DNA of 64,000 bases from Chlorokybus atmophyticus (Eukaryota > Plantae > Mesostigma and Chlorokybus algae): the NCBI GenBank assembly GCA_009103225.1, contig RHPI01002568.1, positions 509,742 to 573,741 on the forward strand. Direction: 5' to 3'. The notes under the pieces are model-generated. The model was not told where the DNA came from. It worked only from the letters and a program-made list of their open reading frames with translations, and ran no database searches. The stretch's first letter is position 1, and every line of letters starts with the position of its first letter. Shown in pieces: positions 24,020 to 36,346 of this stretch. The translations under genes were made by a program, and so were the position numbers.

Positions 24020-25062
24020 ATGTCCTGCAGGAGCATGAGTATGTTGCTGGCAGGCTCCCAGGCAAGGCCTGGCTGCTTGTCGGCTGCTCCCGCAGCTTTA
24101 AGGTCTCGGCGGCTTCCATGCCACAATGCGTGGGCTCGGCCAGCTGTCTCTCACAAGCAACACAGCTGGATTGTGAGATGCGATGCTGACAAACAGCCAA
24201 AACCCACCCAGGTGAGTACCGTTCCACTTGACAAGTACACAGGCACACGCATGAGGCCAGATATTGAACAGGTTCGAACACATTTACATGCAACACCAAT
24301 GCATCGGTCGTTGCACAAAGGGTGAAGTCAAGGAAGAACAAAGCCCGTTGGACTCATCCATCCTGGACGTAGCGAAGGAGTTGCAAGATGTCACAGGAGG
24401 TCAGAAAAAGCGTCGCAAGGCCGACAGCACGGACCCCATCTCCACCGCACTCACACGGCGCTTCGGCCTGGCCGGAGGGCTTGCATGGCTTGGATTTCTG
24501 GCCTTTGGAGTGATTTCAGAGCAAATCAAAACACGCCGAGAGGTCAAAGAGGTACGCTTGTTTGATTACTATCGTTGCAGTCTGGTCGCTATTGTGCACG
24601 ACTCTGTCTCAGGACATTTATCAGCGTACAACCAAAGCGAGATACTGATGTCTGTGTAAGGCTGAGGAGGGTGCGCGGGAGGTGTCTGCGCAGCAGGTTA
24701 CGACGCCTTCTGGTTTAAAGTACAAGGACCTGCGTATTGGTGGTGGCGATCAGCCTCGCAAGGGGGATTTGGTGGTGGTGGACTACACCGGTCGTCTGGC
24801 AGACGGCACTGTAATTGATGACACACGCGCGCGAGGCCGCCCGGTGGCGTTTGTCTTTGCAGGGCAGCCGTCCTCAACAATAAGCCGTGGCCTTGAGGAA
24901 GGAATAGGCACGATGCACCAAGGAGGCCGCAGGAAGATAGTGATTCCGCCTGTCTTGGGCTTTGGACAGGGTGATGTTGTGCTCCCCTCCGGCGGGCGAG
25001 TGCCAGCTAATTCAGTTCTGGAGTATGATGTAGAGTTGCTACGAGTCTCCATTGCACCTTAA
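24020..25062 (+). CDS. FKBP17-2: Chloroplast thylakoid FKBP-type PPIase, FKBP17-2/17-3 clade (3 exons)
   Basis: Transit-peptide-like N-terminus, a twin-arginine-like LTRRFGLAGGLAWLGFLAFGVISEQIKTR, then an FKBP fold ending LEYDVELLRVSIAP. Confidence 0.88.
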
Positions 25063-25195
25063 AACTCTTAGCCAAGACACATGCAACGACGATGATAACC
25101 TCAGTTACTTTGTGTTTGTGCCAAGTGACGAGAAAAGCACCATCATCCCAAAACTGCTGAATGCTGTGTCACACAGCATGTTTGCTTATCTACAG

Positions 25196-26280
25196 CTAGC
25201 TTAGGTCACTTGGCTCATTATTAGAGCACGCAGCTGAACTGGTGCACACTTTTTCAAACAGCTGATGTGTTTCAGACTGCATCGTCTGCACCCGGCTAAC
25301 TCTAGCGTATGAGTTTGCACCTGCCCCAGTCTCCTGTGTAGCTGCCCAGTACGCGTTCTTGGCGTCGGTCATTGGTGTACCTAGCATACTTTGATAGAGA
25401 AGGTCAAGCTGGCTTCGCTGTTCTTCAGAAAGCGTAAGCTGCTCCGCGAATGCCGTCATTGCACTGTAAGATGTGAGCATTCAGATCACGAGCAGTATAT
25501 AGAGAGCAGCATTTGTATAGAGAGCACGACAGGGCACTGTCTCGCATGCAGTGTACAATGAGTCAATGTGCATGCGCATGTGTCCTACGACGGAACAGCA
25601 AACCAGGAGGAACGAGCATATGTACACATGTCTTGACATTTGCGTGTTGCAACTGCATTCTTTACATAGGTATGCACAAACGCACGCACGCATGCTCGCA
25701 CATGCACAGACCTGACGATGCCACGAGCGTGCCCCCAATCGTAGCCTGCAGGAGCAGCTTGCTTGAACCCCTCGTTGAACCCTTTTTGCATAGCAGCATT
25801 CTTTCCTTCGGTGAGACCATCCCTGTACCCCAACTGTCACAAAGAAACGTACAACGTATCATGGTTACATGGTTGCTCGTCAACATCGCTACTGTTGCAA
25901 GCTTCAGCCCCTGTGTTTCAAACCTTTCATGCGAGCTGTTCGTTAACAATAACACATGAGAACTCCGTCATAGAAACATAACGACTCCGTGGGCCAGTTT
26001 GCGACCATTCAATGAAGCTTGGTTGTGCGTACATAACTTGGAAGCTTTCAGAAAAGCTGCTTTGATTCCGAGACATAAGAATGATAAAATTCTGTAGCAT
26101 GCATATACGAATATGAGGTGACAAGTCCAACAGCTACTAATGAACAGCAACGTTGAACATAAGCGCCCACAACCGTGAGCCCAAGACACGCACCGAGTAG
26201 AAGCGGCGCTCCCTCTCCTCCCACTCCCTGTTGAGTTCCGCTGCGGAGACGTCGCCGCAGCCGTCATCTTCCTCCTCCAT
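25196..26280 (-). CDS. YAE1: Yae1 N-terminal domain protein (deca-GX3 motif), 3 exons
   Basis: MEEEDDGCGDVSAAELNREWEERERRFYS|LGYRDGLTEGKNAAMQKGFNEGFKQAAPAGYDWGHARGIV; the junctions are frame-consistent. Confidence 0.8.
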
Positions 26281-26543
26281 CTCACCCACAACGCCGGCTG
26301 ACTACTGGCAGCAGCTTCGTGTGCTCGCACTGCTCAAAGCTGAGGTATGCTGGCAGCAGCTTCCGTCTCTTGAAATTGTTTTCACGGTCGCAGACCGACT
26401 CCCAAAACGACCGTGGTTTCCCCGCTGAGTGGCACTCATATCGCATGTACTCGCGAATCTGACAAGACCGTTTTGCGCACTACAAATGCGTAACGGGGTT
26501 TCTTCTAAAACTTGCAGGTTAGCTTCCACGCTTGGGGGCAAGC

Positions 26544-28327
26544 ATGGCCATGGCGTCAGTGGCGGCGACGGCCGCGGCGGCTGCGAGAGGGTTCCTTGGG
26601 AGTGTGAAAAGGAGGAATCAATCCCACCAGCAGGAGAGTAAGGCGGTCGCGGAACAATATAAGTTGCCAGGAGCTTGTGCTGTTTCAGGGAATGGGAGTG
26701 TGCTTTCCGGCATTCGACTTGTCGCTAGGCGCAAACTGCATGGCTTGACAGCTCAGAAGTGCAGTAGGCTAAATGCGGTAAGCAGCATTGCATGCCACGG
26801 AAGCAGTAGTAGCTGCGACAACTTGAGCGAAGTTCGTGTGTATGCAGTACAACAACATGACATCACAGTGTTTTGCGGAAACGTCACTCACAATGCTGCG
26901 TGCATGCGGGTAAAGGCAATGGTTGAAACCGTGCGGTTCACCTCACACGCAAGCAGTACGCCAACTCATTGGTGCACCTCAGTGGTATTATCTGGCACAT
27001 TGCAGAGGTATAAGTACTCAAAACCGCCGTTGCTGCACATGATTGCGCACTGTACTGCCAGTAGAGTAGAAAGCTAGCAACCTAATTCATGCGTCTTGGT
27101 TGATGCGTGCCTGGACCTGCAAGCAAGAATGGATGGTGTTGCTGCTCAGGCGTGCTGCAGCGCTAGGAGACCTTCCAGCTCAGCTGATGAGGCCGAGGTT
27201 TCTCATGAAGCACATGAAGTCAGCACCACTGCTACTAGCACGACAACCGCCATCAGACAACCTAGACACCTGTCCTGGCGACCTCTCGTCGGCCTTGTGC
27301 TTGCCATTGGTGAGAGCAATGAATCTGTACTGCATGTTTATATTCCTGCTCTTTTGCTGTTGAGCTTCTGTCATGTATGCTGCTGCACTGTGAGCGACAT
27401 GCTCACGCTGACTAATGCTGCCTTCATCTGCATATCAAAGTTGCATCCATCTTCACACATGTACGCTTGCAGTTTATACTCAGTTCATGCATGCGTGACG
27501 CAGCCATCCTCTGCGTCCCATTCCGTGCCTTGGCCCACACAGTCGTGACGACTGCCACTGTCTCTACCCACCTCGGTCCCGGGCAACGCATTGCAGCAAT
27601 GCTGAGACAAGCTCGCTGGCCGGATGAGATCATCCTGATGGTGATTGCACTGCTGCCGATTGTAGAGCTCCGCGGTGCCGTTCCAGTCGGTCACTGGATG
27701 GGCGTTGGGCAGCTGAAGAACTGGTCACTCAGCGTGATTGGCAACATGGTGCCGGTGCCCTTTGTGCTAAGGTAGCAATGCGGTTTGTGGTGCAAGATCA
27801 TGAAGGACTCTCCATGCAATCTCAGCACGCGTGGCTCTATACGCCATGTTGCAGGTATTTGGGTCCGGTGTCGGAAGCTCTTATGGCACGCAGCGATGCA
27901 GCAAAGAGCTTCTTTGACTGGTTATTCAAGCGCACGAGGAACAAAGCTCAAGATATCACTTCCCAAGAGTGGCGCGCACTTGGGTTGATGATATTTGTTG
28001 CCATCCCGCTGCCACTGACTGGCGCTTGGTACGATGGCATGCTGTCAAGTCCAAACAGCAATAGGCGTTGCCCATATGCACAAACCAACCTGCTGCATAC
28101 TTACTATGTCTTTCAGGTCAGGGGCGATTGCAGCGTATCTGCTGGACATGCCTTTCTGGGAGTCTTTCTGGGCAATACTTTTGGGCGTGATGATTGCAGG
28201 CATTATCATGCTAGTTGTCGTGGCTCTCGGGTGGATTGGAGCGGCCATTGCAGGGGTTGCACTAATGGCGTTGGTAGGGGGAGGGTTTTTGACTGCCATG
28301 AAAACGCGTCACTCGCAGACGGCATAG
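26544..28327 (+). CDS. Putative small multi-drug export family membrane protein with a transit-peptide-like N-terminus
   Basis: IALLPIVELRGAVPVG, SVIGNMVPVPFVL, LGLMIFVAIPLPLTGAW|SGAIAAYLLDMPFWESFWAILLGVMIAG. The internal 5' exons are not fully resolved. Confidence 0.82.
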
Positions 28328-28634
28328 CTTTAGGACATTTTGTACCATTATGCAACCTGTTCAGCAGAGGCTATCATCCGGCTTCAAATCAAGCGCTATG
28401 TAGCATTATCAGATTGGTCAGGTAGCCTTGACACGCACAGGATGCATGCAGTTGCACGTGTAGACATGTATACATTGCGACCTCGGACTGTGATTCACGG
28501 TCCAAGAAATTGACTGCAAGCCTCGCTCATATCCGCCTGTGCACATTGTAGTCACTGCGGTGTATGCACAGGCATACCCTTAGGGACAAAGCAGCGTCAC
28601 AAAGCATATGTACAAGCACCACTATGTACAGTTT

Positions 28635-31600
28635 CTACAAGTGAGCTGAATTCTCCTGCAGCTTCTTGGACAGGAGATCCCGCATGTACGACTGCAGGAT
28701 GGCACCTGCAGCGAAGGTTACAACATTGTCACACAGCACATCAATGACATGCACGCATGTGACACTTATACTCATGCTGATGCTGGCGGATGGAGGCAAG
28801 CTGTGCTGCAGCTGCGGTCTCTGCATCAACACAGTCAACTCCGCTGCAGTCTTGTGCAACGCCAGCAGCGCTCCCTACACAGACAGAAAATTAGTTAGCA
28901 ACACGCACATCCACTTGCATCCTTCCTGTGACCTGCACTTACCTGCCAAGCACCATCAAAGTGACCGACATGCTCGGCGGCAAACGCACGATCCACCACC
29001 GCATCCGGCTCCTCGTGCACGCCAGCATGTGCTTTCTTCCAGTGCGTAAGCATCTGCAGTGTGACAGACACACACACTTGCGCACGCATACATGCATGTG
29101 CGCTATCCCCTTAGCATCTCTTGTGCATGCAGACACATGTATTACAAAATGGACATCTGACAAAACAACAGGTAAGCATCGCCCTTGCGCACCACTTTGC
29201 GTTCATCAGAGGGTTTCTCCGACTTGCGTCCCGGCCGATCGCTGGCGAAGAAGCCGCAGGCCGGGTAGCCGCATCGGTACTTGTCCGCGGCAGAGATGCT
29301 GCCAGGTATGCGGCGCTGCACGGGCTGGACGGTCACGCCGGGCACGCCCACTTCGTACAAATTTTCGTAGGGCGTGCCGTCCGCGAAGCACTGCAACGGA
29401 CAGGACCTGATGATGGTGGACGGTATGTGTTTGTGTTGCGTGTTGTGGAGAGTACACACACTCAAACATGTGCACCTGCTTGGGTGGGATCGTCCCCCCC
29501 CGTGGTGCCGTTCCCCATGGTACTGTACCCCGCAGACTGCGCACACCTTCATGTTTTGCGCTTCATCGCGCATACCTGGAAGTTTCCCTGGAGCCCTGGC
29601 CTTTGCTCTGGCTGCACATAACAGAAGCGTGCATCACAAGATTGTAGTCTTTATGACACAGAGGTGGTTTACTGTGGTAGTGATGTACGTGTTGCAAACG
29701 TGCCCACATACAGAAACAAGGCACGCGCGTGCACACGCCTCATGTATACGCGACTGCATCATTTGTATGTATAAGCATACGCGTGCAAATAATCCTGTAT
29801 GCACAAGTATGATTTGCGCTTGCGCTTGCGCTTACGCGTGTGCCTACAATGAACTTACGCAGGAGCTCCTCTTCGAGCTGCATACGCACGCCTGAGCCGT
29901 AAAACTCTTCCGACAGCGTGAGCCTCTGGTTCATGTACTTATGATACAACATTACAACGGACGCCTTCCTCTTATATGCATGATCCCGCTTCAGCCACAG
30001 GTATATCTGATGACAATGAAACAGATAGCAAAGTCACGCAACATTGGAGCCATATGACCGACACAACATTCCCACCTGTTGCCATGTGTGCCTCTCGAGT
30101 GGTGGCAGCGCCCGCTCGGTCTCCATCAACACCTTCACCATCAAGCGCAAGTCCCCGAGCGGCTGCCCGCGCTCCTGCTTAATGGGATTGTTGTCCTGTT
30201 CACCCACTACTACTCCTTTACCTTTCTCATCAATATCATCTCCGCTTTCATCAAGATCTTCTTCTCCCCTCCTCCTCTTTGTCCCCTTTTTCATTTCCTT
30301 CTTCTTCTTTTTTCTTGTGTCCTTTAGCAACTCTTCCTTGGTGTACTCCTCGTCTGCGTCCTCGTCCATATCGGATGATGAAGAGGATGCAATCAAGGGC
30401 TCGTCTTCATCGTCGGAAGGGAGGAAAGGGTCGCTCGACTCTTCATTGTTGTTGTCGTTGGCATTGGAGAAGGCGCGCGCTATGGCACCCTGAGGACCGT
30501 ACTGCTGCTCCACCCACGCTCTCCTCTCAGCCTACAAGACAACAAAAAATACTTTAACACGCACGCACAACAAGCTGCTTGCCTCACGACCGACGAGCGC
30601 ATCCCGCTAGTTTTATCAACAGCATCACACCCTTTCCTTGCCTGTTGTCGGAGGACGTAGTTTGCGAGGTACTGTCGGTCGGTGACTTCCGCAAAGTAAC
30701 TGAGGTGGTCGCTGATCTTGCGTACCCGACTCGGTTTCTTCTTCTTCTTCGCTCGTGCTGGCGGTCCTCCCTGTCTGCTTGCGCCCGCTCCATCTCCACC
30801 TATGTCCTCATCACCTGCTGCCGCTGCTTCTTCTGCCTGGAACTGCAGGAGACTTGAATGAGCATGACAATCAGCATGGTAACATACATACGAATCAATC
30901 CGCATGCATATGTGTGTGTGTGTGTTGTGGTGTGTCTAACCGCATGCATATGTGTGCATGCAACCAAGCATTGTCATGCATGTTCGGCACGTATTCATGT
31001 GTCAAACACTCTCATCCACTCTAGATGCAAGCTTAAGGTCACAGGGACACCTGATGTTGCAACATGACTGAGCTTGACTGAGACAAACGACAGTGTCAAA
31101 TCAGGGCTCCAAGACACAGCAACGACAACCACACGTGCCATCAGATTTTATGAGTTTTATATCTATCTATCCAAATTTTTACATCATTGACAAAATTGCT
31201 TAACAATAAGAGTAGACTCGTCAGTGAGGCTGTTTATACAATAATGTCAACAGCAACCGTGCATGCACATCTGCTCGACTTCCTCAGCAACACAGCAGCA
31301 ACACAGCAACCAGATAGGTCAACGCAGACCTGCGCGTGATACGTCTGCTCCACTTCATTCTCATGCATCACTCCCACTCCCGCGCCCTGCTGCTCCTCCT
31401 CCTCCATGGCCGCCACCGCCGCCGCCACGCACTCCGCCAATGTCGCCACCTGAACCCACGGTGAGCACAGTGATCCAGCACTGATTGACACTTGATCCAT
31501 TATGAGGAACCAACATGAGTCGGGCTGACCCAGGGTCACCGCATACACGATTAGGGTTAGGGTTTTCCCGCGCATATGGCGTTCGTACTTTCGAAAACGG

Positions 31601-31656
31601 GACTTAGCCGTTTGTTGTCGTGTCGCTGGTGTTGTTGTTGGCGGCGGCAGCGGCAT
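28635..31656 (-). CDS. Unknown protein with acidic/basic nuclear tracts and Cys/His Zn-binding motifs (about 10 exons)
   Basis: Frame-consistent exons include 31449-31330, 30842-30642 (GC donor) and 30531-30076. Motifs: KKKKK tracts, CAVC...H...HH...CPLQC and YRCGYPACGFF...HWKKAH. The first exon (31656-31540) is the least certain. Confidence 0.6.
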
Positions 31657-31725
31657 GCTTGAGGGGGAAGGTGCAGGCAACTTTGGGGGAAAGGTAACAT
31701 AGGCAGCAATTGACTGCGATTTGCC

Positions 31726-34700
31726 ATGGTGGTGGCGCTGGAGACGAGGATGAGGCCGCCGCCGCCAGGGCGGGCGGCCTACGCTGGGGGCAGCGGCGGC
31801 GGCGGTAGGGTTGGGCGCGGAGCGGAGGAGTTTATGAACCTCAGCCAGGTTCTCAGTCAGGTGCGGTTGGATGAGACCCTCGCGGATCACGCGGCGGCGG
31901 TGCTGAACGCCGGAGATGCGGAGCCATTTATACACACCTGCACCCAGCAGCAGGCAGCACCTCTCCTCTCTGCAAGCCAAGGGTTTGGATCCTTTGGCAG
32001 CAGCCAAGACTGCGTGCTCAGGCAAGCGAGCATTCCCTGAAGGGTGCATGCAGGGAGTCATTATTTCTACCATATAAGTACAGTTGCACAGCAATGCAAC
32101 TGCACTTATATGCATTGCTGATCTGCACATGCTTGTTGCATGCAGTTGGACAAACAAATGAAGTTATCAATTGCTGCGGTAGTCAATCGTGCTGTGACTT
32201 GAGTGATAATAGTGTGTTGATGGTGTCAATGATGAAGCTGGGTGATGATGTTGTCACATTATTGCAGCACGCCGGACTTCATTACGCCGCAGGAGCAGCA
32301 GTTCCAAGTTGGTTGGGAGAGTGGGAAGGTCAGATGCTCAATGATACTGAGCTATGCTATGGCCATTGTATGTTTACCTAAACATTGCGCTTAAGCAGGA
32401 GAACGTCTCAGTCAACATGGTGCAATCGCCTGCACGCATCACCCCAATCAGAACAAAACGACCAAGAGGTGATTACCTGCGCATGCACATGCACATACAC
32501 ATGTATGCGTGCACACGCACACAAACGCAACATACACAGAATGCGCACGCACATCTGCACAGGCAACCACATATGCATACACGTGCGCACGCGCAAGCGC
32601 CGGGTGCATATGTACGAGCGATGTGCAATGTCTCAACTCGAGTACGTTTCACTCCTCCTTTGCAGCGTCACAGTTGTCGGCAACGCCATCATCAATTCGT
32701 TCCAGTCCCTCCTCCTCCACCGAGTACTTTGGTCCCACTCCAGGCCGTCGCATGCACACGCCAATGTCGGCAACAGGTGGTCGGCCTCCTCCCGGCGCAG
32801 TGTCCACCTCGACGCCCTCAGCAACGCAGTCCACGCAGTACGCCATCCATCACCCTCACCACCACCACCACGCACACGGGTCGAAAGGGAAACTCGCCAC
32901 TACGCACACGCAAAGAGGACCGCGACGACCGAGATCGCCGCCGTACTATCCGAATCCTTACCTGTCGAGCGAGGATGCACACGCAAATGTCCCCACACCA
33001 ACCAAACCTGCCGGTAAGTGTTTTGTTGTTGCTCGTTTTGAGCATTGGTCAAAGAGACAGCACTGTTGAAGGGTATTGGTGCGCATGTGTGCATTTGTGT
33101 GTATGTTATCAACATGTGTCATAACATTTATGTAATACAATTGCACGCAGACGCACGCATGCACTTAACAATTGCACATGGAGGTCTGCAGCATACGCAC
33201 GTGCACTTGCGCTCACACATACACATATGTGCACGTATTATGCCTGGTGCATGAGGACTTATGCATGCCGTGCTTTGATCCAGTCCCTGTGCGGATGTCA
33301 CCATGGCTGGCGGGGACCTCACGATATCGTGATGAGTTTATAGAGTTGAAGGTGAGCAACCAACATGCATGGTGGCTATTGTAGACCCCTTCCTGATTGC
33401 AAATGTGTGTGCTGATACCGGCCGTGACACACAGGAGTTGGGCCGCGGCAGTTTTGGAAAGGTCATGCTCGTGCGCAAGAAGATTGACGGCTGCTTGTAT
33501 GCCGTCAAACGATCTGCAAAACAGTTGCTGGAAGATAGTGAAAGGTGCATTGGGAGCATATACATACACAACGATACACATATATGTGTGTGTATGCATG
33601 CGCTACTCAAGCCAAGAATGCACCGTCCGTCTTATGTGAGACTTGTTTGTTGTATGTTCAGGAAACTAGCGAGGAGAGAAGTGCAAGCGTTGGCAGCATG
33701 TCCTTGTGAGTCGAGTTATGCTTGTAGAAGATGCAGAGACCACTTGTTATCTCAGAACCCATTCTTACCAAAGAGTTGCGCGCATTGGCAGGTGTTGAGA
33801 ACCTCATCAGATACTACTCTGCGTGGTATGAGAGCGACCACTTGTACATACAGCTGGAGCTTTGTGAAGGCAGCCTGGCAGGTCAACTTGCACATGTGAT
33901 GAACTTGCTCTCAACCTACAACACCAACATTTGGTTTAAGTGCGTACTGCATGCCACGCACTGACATCAAGCATACCTTCATACAGATCAGCAGGAAAGC
34001 GGGATGCAGTTTACTGAAGACATGCTCATTGAGTTGTTGCGCCAGGTACACACTTGCATGCACACGCACGCATTCCACGTGCACACACGCAAGCACGCAC
34101 ATGATGCTATTGTTGTCGCAGCATCGTTGATTTGTGCTTCTCATGCGTGTGTGGCCAGCTAGCGCAGGGGTTGTGCACACTGCACGAAGCGGGCATCGCC
34201 CACATGGACGTGAAGCCCGAGAACGTGTACCACAGGCGTGGCGTGTACAAGTTGGGCGATATGGGTCGTGCGTGTGCGCTGGATGGCGTGCGCGTCCCCG
34301 TTGAAGACGGAGACGTGCGCTACCTACCCATGGAGATCATGAATGACGACTATCGCCACCTCGACCGCGCGGATGTGTTCTCACTGGGAGCCACCGTGTA
34401 TGAGATCGCCAAACGCACGCCACTACCCAAAGACGGCCCTACATTCCAGGTGGGTGATGGTGTGTTGGTCTACAGTAGTGCAGTGCATAATTATAGTTAG
34501 TATGCAGTTACTGCATGCGTGCATGCATGCAAACATGTACCCATGCGCACAGTCAGTCATGTTCTAACTGTCTTGTTGGTCTGTCCGTGACACGCAGTCG
34601 CAGTGAGCAAAACACAAGTAGGTGTGTATCTCATCGTGAACAAACAGGCATTTGTTAGCATGCTTTTCAACAACACTTGTCTGTCTGCAGTCTCTAAGGA

Positions 34701-34936
34701 GAGGGTCGCTGTCGCCACTGCCGGGAATGTCGCAACCATTCCAACAACTGTTGAAGGCAAGCAAGCAAAGGAACTGCAATCCCTTGTATGTATATACTAA
34801 AGTTCTACAAGTAAATCGCCTCATGTATCTGTCTGCGCAGGATATGATGCATCCGGACCCGACGCAGAGGCCGTCGGCCGAAGAGGTGCTGACGAGTCCG
34901 CTGTTGAATGATGGAAGCATGACGTGCTCGCTGTAG
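31726..34936 (+). CDS. WEE1: WEE1 cell-cycle kinase
   Basis: The plant WEE1 N-terminal motif SQDCVL|STPDFITP is followed by SPARITPIRTKRPR, RSPPYYPNPYL and SRYRDEFIELK|ELGRGSFGKV. Further motifs are YAVKRS, RYYSAWYESDHLYIQLELC, HMDVKPEN, YKLGDMG, EDGDVRYLPME and RPSAEEVL. Confidence 0.93.
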
Positions 34937-35358
34937 CTTAGAATGCATGGTTGCTACGTTTGCTGATTGTGGAACTCAGCGCCTGTACATTCCTTTTTTA
35001 ACAAGTTGATGCAACGGTTCCCAACAAGTGAACTGAAGGAACAAACCCCTGTCATGCAACAACACTGTCAACCATGACTCTTTCTGTTGTGCCACAACAA
35101 CAAGAAGGTGACTTACATCATCATCATCACTGACATCAGACTATCAGGTTGATGAACCAACAGTGCACCTGCTGAACCGACCAACTTCAACAACTCCTCT
35201 CTCTAATCACAAGTCACCAAACGAACACCTTCTCACTTACTCAACCAACGAAGTAACAACCCAACACTACTCAATTGTTGACTGCACTATACTCGACAAT
35301 GTCCAGCATACCAACATCGTACAAACAACTTATCAACAAGTCCATACCAGAACTTCGA

Positions 35359-36211
35359 CTACCGTCTCCTGCTCTTCCCCGCGCCTTTCCTCCCCCTCAC
35401 CCCTCCCTCGCCTCCTCCCTCTCCCCCGGCAACCGCCGCCCCTTCCCCCTGTCGTTGATGCGTCTCGTCCACCGATAGTGTTGTTGTGGTTGCGTCTTGA
35501 GGTGGGAGGAACTTGAGTGGGTGGCGGTTGAAAAAGGGCCAGTCGGGGACGGTCACCTGGGGGGGTGAGGGATGGTGTGTAAGGGGAGGGGGTTGGGCAT
35601 GCGGGAAGTTTGTTGTTGTGTATGTGTGCGTGGGAAGAGGGTGCGGAAAGAGAGTTGGAATCGTGCGTGTACAGAAAAATTGTGAGCAAAGGATGTGCAT
35701 AGCTTGATGTGCTTCATCTGCTACTGCATGTCAAGTACGCAATCTATAGCTGTTTGTGTGCAACCATCGGTGGAGACAAACAGTCAAACAATAGTGTGCA
35801 TGTTGTGCAAATGCAATGAAACATTCTCTCATCCCAACTGGCATCCTGATGAAGAGACTGATGAGCGATGTGAGATCCATCATCACCGTCATATCACATT
35901 AACACAAGGCTGCTACTTATCCCTCACCAGGAGAGCGGCGATGACGCCTGTGGCGTAGACGGCCATCATCTGCTTGAACGACTGCAGCACGTAACCCGCA
36001 GCAAAACTCAGCACCTGCGCATGCATTCTGTTACACATCAAGCACAATGTGCCCCAAGTCAGAGCACATATGCACACGTGAAAGGTATTCATGGTCGTCC
36101 ACCGAGACATTACAATGAGGACCGCCAGAGTTTGCATGCATTGCACACCGTGAACAGCATGATGATGTAATGCTGCAGCGACTCCGCCATCTGCTGCCCC
36201 TTCAGATCCAT
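35359..36211 (-). CDS. SPCS1: Signal peptidase complex subunit 1 (SPC12), 3 exons
   Basis: Exons 36211-36149, 36014-35928, 35556-35359: MDLKGQQMAE...VLSFAAGYVLQSFKQMMAVYATGVIAALL|VTVPDWPFFNRHPLKFL. Confidence 0.92.
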
Positions 36212-36346
36212 CCCCTCTTCTCCTCCCCCTCCTCCTCCTCCTCCTCCTCCTCCTCCTCCACCACCTCCTTGCGCACCGCCGCCGCCGCACCGCAATGCAA
36301 TGCGCACGCCGTAGTCAACACTGGGCGCGAGGCGGCGTCGTTGTGG

